Of a stretch of 64,000 nucleotides of DNA, positions 50,801 through 59,400 are shown in pieces. The notes below the pieces were generated by a model. The model searched no databases. It worked only from the letters and a program-made list of their open reading frames with translations, and was not told where the DNA came from. Positions within the stretch are counted from its first letter, which is position 1. The number at the start of each line of letters is the position of its first letter. The position numbers were made by a program, and so were the translations under genes. This DNA is from Gnetum montanum. Its lineage: Eukaryota; Plantae; Gnetophyta. The stretch spans positions 194,219-258,218 of the forward strand of contig MNCI01000828.1 of NCBI GenBank assembly GCA_015680685.1. The letters run 5' to 3'.

Positions 50801-53800
50801 TTGCTGTTTCAGGTTGGGATAGGTTCACAAGAAGTTTCAGTTCGGAATAAATATAACAATAAATTGCTGTTATAGGTCTCTCAACTTGGGAAAGGATACT
50901 TTATAAAACTGTTACTTGAAGTTTATTCTTACCTGAAAGTTCAAAAACATGGAAATTTTTAATAGCACTATTGAAAAAGCTTTTTAATATGTAGCGTTCT
51001 TTTTTGGCCAAGATATTTAATTGCTCTTAATATATTTAAAATGTAAATAGTGACATCTACTATGATAGGTCATTTTGTTGATGTTTGTTAGAAGTTATCA
51101 TGCTTTCTTTTTTTTAATGATAGGATCAGAAGAGAAAATGATGCCTAAAACAGTACCCTTTTCAAATTAACATATCTAGTTCTCTATATTTCCACAAAAT
51201 TTTAGATATTACTTTCTGTTCTGATTATAGTATTTAAGATATTGATCCTTTGTTGAAATATTATAGAAAAAAAAATAGTTGCAGCAATGTAAAAATTAAA
51301 ATCACTCTAAAATTTCTTATTTATTTGAAATTTTTTACTATGACAATGTCTCCATCATCTGGGTATTAACAAGAATTATTGTAGGGATATCCTTTCTTAT
51401 TTTAATGTTGAGGAAACATTTCAATATACTTTTATTAGGGAATTGCAAAGTTGCTGATTCAAGTAGGGATATTGCTTGCTTCAGCAGAAGTTTCAGCTGG
51501 TAATAAATATCACACGAGTTTCCTTAATAAGTCTCTTAGCTTGTGAAAGGATACTTATACCATATAATGGTACTCTATAGATGTATCGTGTTCTTGTTGA
51601 CGTTAACTTTTTCAGATATTTAATCACTGTTAATATATTTGCAATGTAAAATGACTTCTACTGGGACAGGTCACTTTGTTGACTTTATAATTTCTTTTGC
51701 TTTCGTTTTGATTCTTTTTTAAAGTTTTACCAAAGCCATTTTTGCAAAAGGGATAAGAGCAGAAAACGATGCCTACCATTTTCAATAATTAATATATCTG
51801 GTTTTTTATATCTCCACAGTATTTTAGATATTGCTTTGTGTTCCGGTTGATAGCAGTGCCACTGCCAGTTAATAATAACGTTTATATTTATATTTATATT
51901 TATATTTTGTTAGCCTTGATCTTGCATGTTAATCAATTGGGGACAGTTTCTTCTAGCATATTTGACGTTCTACTTTAACAACCCCACAGATTGATATATC
52001 TCTGCTTAAACAATGATTCATCGTATTTTCCTTGTTATCATTAGATGATTCTTGTATACGTTGACGGAAAGAAATAGTAAGATATCTGGCTTTCGAAGTT
52101 TAAATTTGACCAAAATTCTCCTCCATCATGATTTCCCTTAGAACTTTGTTTTTTGGGAGAATTCCGGCCATATTAATCAGAATGCACATTTACAGAAGAT
52201 TACGAGGATGAGACGTTTTCCCAAAAACTTGAGGGGAGGCCTCTCCCCTCAACCACCGAGTAAACCCCCGACGATTCAGACAGAATCGACAATAGCTGAC
52301 GTACCCCAAAACATTGGGTCCACAAATCGCAGCCCTCCTCAAACAAGAATTGGGCAGCCTTTCACCCCCTTCAGCGGTATCAAATGCTGAGATAGACAAA
52401 AGAACAAAAAACAGAAGCAAAGGGAATTGCCCTTTAAATCCTTACAGTCCCGACCCTCTTCTAAACAATATGGAAGCCTAGTTAAATCCTTACAGTCCCG
52501 ACCCTCTTCTAAACAATATGGAAGCCTAGTTAAATCCTTACAGTCCCGACCCTCTTCTAAACAATATGGAAGCCTAGTTAAATCCTTACAGTCCCGACCC
52601 TCTTCTAAACAATATGGAAGCCTAGTGCAAGGGCAGATGTTCCATTCTTGGCTGTGGATTTCATCTAGAACAGCTTTGTGCTGTTCTTTATTGACGAATG
52701 TCGCAGCCTACTAGAAGTTCTTGAATGCTTTTGCCTTTTTTGTACGTTCCATTGCATCCCCTTTTCTGTCAGAGTGCATCTCCTTCCCTTGCCACCAAAT
52801 GTGCATTTCCAACATTGTCCATGGCATGTTGCGGCCAATGTCTATGATAACATAGGGGCATCACCCTTGTCGCAGCCAAGCCCTTGCCCCATATGCATGT
52901 GCTTGATCTAGTTGTTGGATTTGGGCCGCCTTGTGCTTTTCTTGAGCCTTCCCCTCTTGGGCCTCTTGGAGTTGCACCTCCTTCGTTAGCTCCTCCTTGA
53001 TGCATTGCTAGAGGTTTGCCTCCAAGGGTTGTAGCATCGTTGCCTATTGCTCCAACCATTCTAGCTCCTATGTGAGCAATGCATGAGGGTGAAATGGACC
53101 CCCAACAGCTTTCAAGCATTCCTCGAATGCACAAAAAATCGATCCACTATTACCCCACATCCTACCACAATGGCTCGAGCGTTGATTTAGGTAGATGGCC
53201 ACACCCTATTTTTGGAATATGCCTCAGGAAAAACTTCGGTGCTTTCTGCAACGCCCTTCCTTGCAGAGTTACCTCCTTCTCCAATGTTGGCACTTGAAGA
53301 TATTGTGCAATGGCCTCCTCTGTCAAGTCGATGTGCACCCCCCGAAACACAGTAAGGTCACCCACCCAATTGCTGTAGAATGCACCATCCTCCAACTTGG
53401 GATCCCCTTGTAGCTGAGGTAGCACCTTTGCCCATCCCACCCTCATAACCAGGCGCACAGCACTGGATTCTCCGGATAGTCATTGCACGGTTCAAAAGTT
53501 GGTGTGACCCCCATGGCCACCTATGCTTCCCTCCATAGTCAAACTCCTATGTGGCAATCTATGTAGGTAGTGGTGGCAATGGCGGTGGCGGCATCCCTCA
53601 AAAAACTAGGAAATTATGCACACACCACAAAGCCTACAAAATTGCAGATGCATGAGAATCCCCATCAAAACTCGTCATTATAGGTAAATTGGCCTCCCAC
53701 CACACCTATTGAGAAAGAGGGCAATCTTGAGTGTAGTGCGTCATTGTCTTTGCCCTTGCCATGTAGAGGGGACACATGGTAGCCACATCAACCACACACT

Positions 53801-56800
53801 ACCGTATATCACTTCGCACAAGCAAGGCGGAGTGATGAGCCAACCATACAAAACACCTTAATGTCGGCTTTGCTGCCAAATTCCCAACCAATAATCTAAC
53901 AATGCCTGAGCAACCTCTTCTATCCCTTCCACCTTATTGCTACCTATCGTGATGCAATGGATCTGCTTGGAGCTTTGTGTAGACTTGGCAGTTGTAAAAA
54001 AGAACTGAGTATTCCAATCCCCCTTCCGAAGCCAGGATGCCCTACTCCGTTGTCAATAGGTTTCCTCGTCCCTGTGTAGATTCTATAGTGCCACCATCAC
54101 CTGCCTCTCCTGAATCATTGTTAACCCTCCCCGAAGTTCCCCTTGACATGATCTAAACAAATACTTGTCCTTAGATTATAGTTGTCTAGTACTATGTTTG
54201 ATCATGGTCAGATCTTGCTTCAAGAAATCTTGGGGGTCAGAAGTTGCACTGTAACCTTTCTAGATATCTTCCACTAATGGCTTCAACCATGGTTTGGTCA
54301 ACCAAAATTGAGGGGTTGGCCCCCCCTTCTCCAAGGGTTCAATCTGGCATAACAGTGGCCGATGGGTAGAAGCCATACGCACTTACCCCATAACAACCAT
54401 CCCTTGCTTCAAAAGCAAATTGGAATTCACCCCTTGCTAGTCTACACCTGGTCTTTGCCTTTCTTGCAGTTGCTCCACGTGAATTGGCACCCCTTGACCT
54501 TCATATTCACCAACACATGGGTTTTGAGGAAATGTTAAAAAAGCTAAGGGCTAGGTGAATCTTGCATGCCTCCATCGGACTTCTCCCAAGCATATAGCCT
54601 TTGGTTGAAATCCTGGACCAAGATCCACCTCCCTTTTGTCAAAGATCAAGGAAACAATCATCTATAGCTCCTGTAGTTGCTCCTCCCACTATTGAGGCCC
54701 ATTGAAATATGTGACTGAAATCCCTGTCTGATGTAGATAGATGGGGATACTGCAATCAGAAGTGTCAACCACTTTGAAAGGTCAATGAGACAAAGATGCC
54801 AAACCCCTAGGTCTCCCCTAACAACCCACGCAGTGAGTGTGCCAACCCAGCCAACACAGCCAATGACCTTCACGATGTTGTAACTTTGTCTCTGGTAAAG
54901 AAACAATATCACCTTATTTGTTAAGTAGTATACACTTGATTTGTTAATTTTCTGTTGTTCCTATGAAGATCAAGATAATTGCAAGATGATTGACAACCTT
55001 TTGCGATTTAAACACGTGAAAATAGAATAAAGTTTAACACTTTCATTCATTGTTTTCAATTGCATGACATATTGTTAGCATATGTCACCTTACAAGAAAG
55101 CTTCCATTAATCCCATATGTTACAAACTGACACAACTCTCTGGTAATTGCTTTTCTCAAATGTATAGTTAATGTTAAGATTAAAATGAAATAGAGAAAAA
55201 GCAGGAATGCTGCTAAAATTTTTCCACTTTCAGAAATTGAAAGAAAGGAATTTTTATTGTTGGTGCTCATATGTTGGTGCTTCCTATGTTGTTAACAGAG
55301 TGTTTCAGATTTTTATTTTAGATTCTATGTATTTCCTGCCTTTTCAATTTGTGGAATATGGTGACTAGATGTTCCAGAAAAGAATTAGATAGATCTCATT
55401 CATAAATATATATTAAATAAAATGAGATCCTATTCATATAATTCTTATCTAATCTTATGATTAGTTCATCCTTATTTAGGAAGATCCTCCAATGAAATGA
55501 TAAGGAATGATTTCCTAGATTTATACTTATATCTCCAAATCTGTTTTTGGGAGATCAAGTCCTATATAATTGCAGCAGCACATATTCATTAGTAAGAGAA
55601 TTTAAAAGAATTTTACAAGAGTTTGTTTATTCTAACTAAGTTCTTTATTTCCTTTTAGCTTAAGTTCTTTATTTCCTTTTAGCTTAGATCATATATTCAG
55701 GGCCCTTTAGATATTACATCTATGCTTATTTCATATCTAGAATCTAAGAAAATGTGTATATATGCCTAACTAATAAAAGCAATGATATTAAGGTATTTAG
55801 TAATAAATTTTCACGGAGAAGGATTTTTCTAGAAATCTCATTAGTTACCATGATTTTTTGAAAATTTCTATAAAGTTTTGCAACTACATGTACCCTTCGG
55901 AGTATTGGGAATCACAACGCTGCTTCTGCGAGTCTAAATCTTGTGAAACATGGTTCTTAACCAATTCCTAACGAATAACTAACAAGTTTTTCTTGAAAAA
56001 AGCCAGGCATTTCTCTTGCAGAAGCAGTAGGATCCACGGTGTCTGATGATGATGAAGATGATTATATGGGCAACGACTCTGTACCCTTGGAAGGAGACTT
56101 TGACGACCACGGTGCTTTTGGTTTCGGGCCATTGGTGCCCACAGACAACGAACGGTCACTTATCGAGAAGGTTCGGCAGGAGCTTAAGCAGGATTTGAAA
56201 CAGGTTTTTGAGCTCAATATCATTTACATAATTTCACTATTCCGTGAATAATAATAGTATAGATTCTATTCTGCTTGGTTTACCTAATGTTTATTTTCTG
56301 AATAATCAATCCTTGAAGGGATACCGCTCCAAAATATCGGATGTAAGAGAGGAAATTTTACGCAAACGCAGAGCTGGGAAGCTTCCTGGTGATACAACTT
56401 GCAGGCTTAAGGAGTGGTGGCAATCTCATGCTAAATGGCCTTACCCCACTGTAGGTTAATTACAACTCTGCGATCTTATCATTTTCTGGTGTGGTAATTG
56501 TGGTGTTGTCTTTTTTCGATGAGTCACTAATCAATTGTGGGTGGTGTGCTAATTATTACTGCGTTCCTGGATGGAATTCGTTATTTTTTCCATTAATTTT
56601 GGTAATTTTGCTAAAGTGCAAAGCGACTTGCTTAATCAATATTAATTTTTATTAAGATGCTATACATTTTAGTAAAATTAAAGACAAATTTATCCAAAGT
56701 CAAAAGCAATGAAAAGCTTTTCAATTTGTCAAAGCTTACATATGCTTACATATTTGTTTTTGTAACTCTGGATAAATATGTGTTTTTACTGTCACGGCAT

Positions 56801-57140
56801 AAAATCTATTCCATTAAAAAGCAAAATTGAGTTGTATATCAAGCAAAATTGATATTGATTAAGCAAACTTGCTTTACACTGAAGCAAAATTGTTTCACAC
56901 TTATAGTGAAATTTCTATAAAAATTGCTGATTTAATTGACCAATGAAGTATTTATTGCCATTATTACTGATAAATTCCGCTAAACAGGAAGACGAGAAGG
57001 CTAGACTAGTAGAGGAAACGGGACTACAGTTAAAGCAGATCAATAACTGGTTCATCAACCAGAGAAAAAGAAACTGGCATTCTAATCCGTCTGCAGCAGC
57101 AGCAGTTTCAAATACATCCAAGCGCAAAAGGGAAGTGTGA
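26562..57140 (+). CDS. KNAT3-like: Class II KNOX (KNOTTED1-like TALE homeobox) gene, join(26562..26855,47343..47463,56007..56203,56319..56450,56988..57140), 298 aa
   Basis: Spliced product has KNOX1 ([26 protein letters not shown]), KNOX2 (ELDHFL|[29 protein letters not shown]), GSE-like acidic linker, ELK ([18 protein letters not shown]|GYRSKI) and TALE homeodomain ([13 protein letters not shown]...WPYPT|[30 protein letters not shown]). All introns are GT-AG with consistent phases (0,1,0,0) at typical class II KNOX positions; total 897 nt ending in TGA. Confidence 0.95.
28184..28272 (+). mobile_element. tRNA-derived SINE, copy 2, with RTE-type tail
   Basis: TTAGTTTAGTGGTAAG, intact B-box GGTTCGATTC, then GTTGGGACAAGGCT and (GAT)5. 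Confidence 0.7.
28326..28457 (-). mobile_element. tRNA-derived SINE, copy 3
   Basis: Reverse complement reads GGTGTTAGCCTACTTGTAAGATTCTTGATTTTAAAGC...GGGTTTGATTCTGGTGGGCAATGCTAAGTTAGAAAGTTCTAATTGG. Confidence 0.72.
30434..31000. repeat. Near-perfect tandem duplication, 281/282 nt x2
   Basis: Units start at 30434 and 30715; ATAT microhomology at the junctions; about 2 differences seen. Confidence 0.95.
30434..33350 (-). mobile_element. Decayed AT-rich L1-clade LINE in KNOX intron 1 (RT plus zf-RVT)
   Basis: Minus-strand [10 protein letters not shown] and HFANE (RT motifs), [18 protein letters not shown] (zf-RVT). Confidence 0.75.
36191..36270 (+). mobile_element. tRNA-derived SINE, copy 4 (degenerate)
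   Basis: GAGGCTAGTGGTAAGACTCTAGATTTGGAAACTCTAAGTTATGGTTTATTC. Confidence 0.6.
36460..37130 (-). mobile_element. RTE/RTEX-like non-LTR retrotransposon C-terminal remnant
   Basis: Minus-strand [35 protein letters not shown]; parallels the + strand copy at 39560-40800. Confidence 0.6.
37175..37280 (-). mobile_element. tRNA-derived SINE, copy 5
   Basis: Reverse complement reads ...ACTCTTAATTTTGAAGCTTGAAGTTATGAGTTCAATTCTCATGGGCAATGCTAAGTTATAAAGTT. Confidence 0.65.
38367..39173 (-). mobile_element. 5'-truncated copy A of the J-domain LINE family, with 16-bp TSD
   Basis: TSD ATATACTTTGATTATT at 38351-38366 and 39174-39189; T-run (poly-A on the minus strand) at the left end; 3' hairpin 38439-38458; J-like domain 38719-38916. 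Confidence 0.88.
39560..40815 (+). mobile_element. RTE/RTEX-like non-LTR retrotransposon remnant (RT C-half plus Cys-rich tail)
   Basis: LFFANDVAL (FADD), [54 protein letters not shown]. Confidence 0.72.
41760..46910 (-). mobile_element. Near full-length copy B of the J-domain L1-clade LINE family (ORF1 remnant, APE endonuclease remnant, RT, zf-RVT, extended C-terminus)
   Basis: Minus-strand [57 protein letters not shown]...QEC, then an extra domain (43230-42950), coiled-coil (42145-42330) and J-like domain (41892-42087); many stops and frameshifts. Confidence 0.85.
47343..47463 (+). CDS. KNAT3-like: KNOX exon 2 (KNOX2 domain)
   Basis: Acceptor ttctttctttcAG|TCACAATAC; donor TTGACAG|GTAAAA; 121 nt; [41 protein letters not shown]. 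Confidence 0.95.
47558..47820. repeat. 98-nt tandem repeat (2 near-perfect copies plus 1 diverged partial) just downstream of exon 2
   Basis: Units start at 47558, 47656 and 47754 (ATGTTTCTGTGTATAT...). Confidence 0.92.
48448..48580 (+). mobile_element. tRNA-derived SINE, copy 6
   Basis: GGTGTTAGGCTAGTGTTAAGATTCTTGATTTGAAAG...AATTCTTGTGGGCAATGTTGAGTTATAAAGTT...CCTATATTACA. Confidence 0.7.
49193..49571. repeat. 126-nt tandem repeat x3 at the Copia PPT/LTR junction
   Basis: TATAGCTAGA..TAAAACATGACCATGACACAC...GATGAAGGAAAGC repeated three times, nearly identical. Confidence 0.93.
49785..49924. repeat. 70-nt perfect tandem duplication
   Basis: GATTTGGTTTTTCTTTATTATGTG...GCATTTGGTT x2. Confidence 0.93.
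50628..51850. repeat. Older diverged tandem duplication (~620-nt period)
   Basis: Colinear shared blocks GTTGAAATAT, GGTATTAACAA, GGAATTGCAAAGTTGCTG, AAAGGATACTT, GATGCCTA and TTTTAGATATT in both halves. Confidence 0.8.
52149..54912 (-). mobile_element. Internally deleted copy C of the J-domain LINE family in KNOX intron 2
   Basis: T-run at 52149-52154; perfect hairpin 52229-52252; J-like domain 52663-52860; extra domain 53162-53458; zf-RVT ~53700-53800; endonuclease remnant to ~54912; most of RT is deleted. Confidence 0.85.
52434..52625. repeat. 48-nt perfect tandem repeat x4 inside LINE copy C
   Basis: TTAAATCCTTACAGTCCCGACCCTCTTCTAAACAATATGGAAGCCTAG x4. Confidence 0.96.
56007..56203 (+). 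CDS. KNAT3-like: KNOX exon 3 (GSE linker and start of ELK)
   Basis: Acceptor ccAG|GCATT gives [16 protein letters not shown], colinear with the class II GVSPGEGTGATMSDDD motif; donor AAACAG|GTTTTT. Alternative in-frame acceptors exist (see findings). Confidence 0.88.
56319..56450 (+). CDS. KNAT3-like: KNOX exon 4 (ELK end and homeodomain N-half)
   Basis: ttgaAG|GGATAC...CCCACT|GTAGGT; 132 nt; [44 protein letters not shown]. Confidence 0.95.
56988..57140 (+). CDS. KNAT3-like: KNOX exon 5 (homeodomain C-half, basic C-terminal tail)
   Basis: aaacAG|GAAGAC; [35 protein letters not shown]...KRKREV*. Confidence 0.93.
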   Translation, partial: EDEKARLVEETGLQLKQINNWFINQRKRNWHSNPSAAAAVSNTSKRKREV

Positions 57141-57230
57141 TTTCGTGTGATTTCCTTCTCCAGGCCGAGATACTCCCTTCGCCAACTTCTAACTACATGA
57201 AAGGCTCTAATTAAGAGTTTGTGGGCAGCA

Positions 57231-57510
57231 GGGAATGAGGCTAAGCTGGGCTCAAACATATTTTTCACTTTTTAAGTTGGTAACTTTTCTGTGATAATAA
57301 TTACTTGTATTGATAGCTAATACGTCTCGTTTGTTCCCTGAGAGTCAGTAGTAAAGATAAATCAATAATGTATGGGGAATGAAACTCAGCTGGGATCAAA
57401 TATTTTGCACCTTTTAAGTCGGTAACTTTTCTTTGATAATAATTACTTGTATTGATAGGTAATACGTTTCATTTATTCCACAAAAGGTAGTACTAAAAAT
57501 AAATCAATTA
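57231..57510 (+). repeat. Diverged ~144-nt tandem duplication in the probable KNOX 3' UTR
   Basis: GGGAATGA..CT.AGCTGGG...GGTAACTTTTCT.TGATAATAATTACTTGTATTGATAG.TAATACGT...ATAAATCAAT occurs twice. Confidence 0.85.
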
Positions 57511-57989
57511 TTTATCGGGCTGAATTTTGATAGTCACTCGACCAAGGAATGCTGAAAGGCCAGAGAGTACTTAGGTGACGAATTGCATGTTATGTGATTT
57601 ATAAAAGCACCATTTTAGATTAGAAAAAATCACGTTTATTCTGCTTTAATCTTCCATGACCGGATGTCTTTGTGTTTAACGTCGTTTCAACTTTTATTTT
57701 CATGAACTGTTTCAGATAATTTAAATTATCCATACTATGGTAATGGTTATTACCCCACCGTCCATTTTGCTTTTCTTATCAAATTTAAGACCTCTTACGA
57801 ACTGATGTTTTCTTAGAAAATCATAAAACAATTATATTTATTTTCATGAATTTTTTCTGATAAACTATTTATCCGTAGATGAGGGTTTTGTTCATTTATG
57901 GATTCTCCCGGACCAACGTTGATGGGATCATTAAACCCTCCAGCAATAATCCTTTCTTAAAAAATTATCATCGTACCGATGGATAAGCC

Positions 57990-58145
57990 TGAGGTGAATA
58001 ATCCAACCTAACCGATTTCACTGAAACAAAGTGATGATTATGAGGTGAATAATCCAACCTAACCGATTTCACTGAAACAAAGTGATGATTATGAGGTGAA
58101 TAATCCAACCTAACCGATTTCACTGAAACAAAGTGATTATTATGA
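57990..58145. repeat. 51-nt tandem repeat x3
   Basis: TGAGGTGAATAATCCAACCTAACCGATTTCACTGAAACAAAGTGATGATTA at 57990, 58041 and 58092. Confidence 0.95.
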
Positions 58146-59085
58146 CATAATTATGATATTCTAATGAAAATGTCTCTGCGAAAAGTTTCTAATGATGATG
58201 TTTACATTAATGTTTATCAGACAGGATGGATGGCTGTCTAGACTATTTGAATTATGTTGGGTTCTTTCTTAATTCTTTTACTTGTCAACCAGTTAATTTC
58301 CTCAGCTTTTTAATAGGTAGTTCAAAGATTACATTTGTACGCACAAAAGTTGACAATATAGAATTGTGTTGATTATAGGTTTAAGTTTTAGTTTCATACT
58401 TTTAGATTAAATGCTGTATTCTCTTTTCTTAAGAAGTCCTAATTAGTGAAGTACAAGTTATATTTAAAAACATGGGCATTTTTCATTTTCAAATCTTAAA
58501 TATCATTATTTATATTTTTGAAATGGAATATATGAAATTTTAGTTATATAAGTTAGAAAAATTTAAGCAATAGTGAAAAACCTAATAGCAGCTTCTTCAA
58601 ATATTAGTTTGCTTAAGATAGTTCATATGGCATCTAATAAGAATAATTTTAATGCAAATATCAAAAATAAATTACGAGCACAAAATTTTAGCTTAAGAGG
58701 TAGGGCAATGGTGGACTAAAGTATATATTGCCAATGAAAGTTGGATAAATTAAAAACCTCATTGTATTGTATCCTTATCATCTAATTGTATTGAAATGAA
58801 GAACAATAATTCTTATCTAATAGATCTATAGAATCTAACTTTTTGTTTCATTAATAATTCAAATGACCTAGCAATTTAAGTAAGTTAGATTATGGCATTT
58901 CGATGTAAAGATAAATATAATGTATAAAGAAAATAATAATACCAAGAGCCCTTAGGATTGATTGTTTGTTATTTTTTAAAAATTAGAAGATAAAAAATTT
59001 AATTTGTTTAGGTATATTAAGGTCAATGTGAATAAAATCATTAGGCTTAATAATAAGTTTTAATATAAGTGTAAGTAATGCAAGA

Positions 59086-59400
59086 ATCATCATCATCATT
59101 CTCATATTGTTTCAACAAAATGGGGTTGGCTACATGAGTTCTCTTTTATCGTTCACCTCTATTAAGAGCATTGATCAAGGTAGTAGAACTATTCATACTG
59201 AGAGTCTTTTGGCCTTTAATTGTTAGTTCAATTTTATCATTGTTAATACTTTTACTAAGATTGCATTCCATGTATTCTATCTTAGATCTACATACTAAAT
59301 TTAAAGCGTCTTGATTCTAGAGCATGTAATCACTTTTTCATTTTAGAAGCAATATTTTCTAGACGTGTTCACCAACATAATACCAATTCCAATAGCTTCT
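59086..59400 (-). mobile_element. RTE-clade LINE 3' terminal fragment
   Basis: Minus strand ends CATGTAGCCAACCCCA...(GAT)n, the typical plant RTE 3' end. Confidence 0.55.

Noticed and set aside
52434-52625. 48-nt x4 repeat (and 51-nt x3 at 57990, 126-nt x3 at 49193) as CRISPR-like arrays
   Set aside because: Units are head-to-tail with no unique spacers, there are no cas genes, and the context is eukaryotic; these are simple tandem duplications.
52427-52714. ORF with repeated [16 protein letters not shown] as a repeat protein
   Set aside because: It is a by-product of a 48-nt duplication on the antisense strand of a LINE and has a non-ATG start.
57131-57163. Mini-intron ending at TTTCCTTCTCCAG after the KRKR codons
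   Set aside because: Only 33 nt long and lacks a GT/GC donor at 57131.
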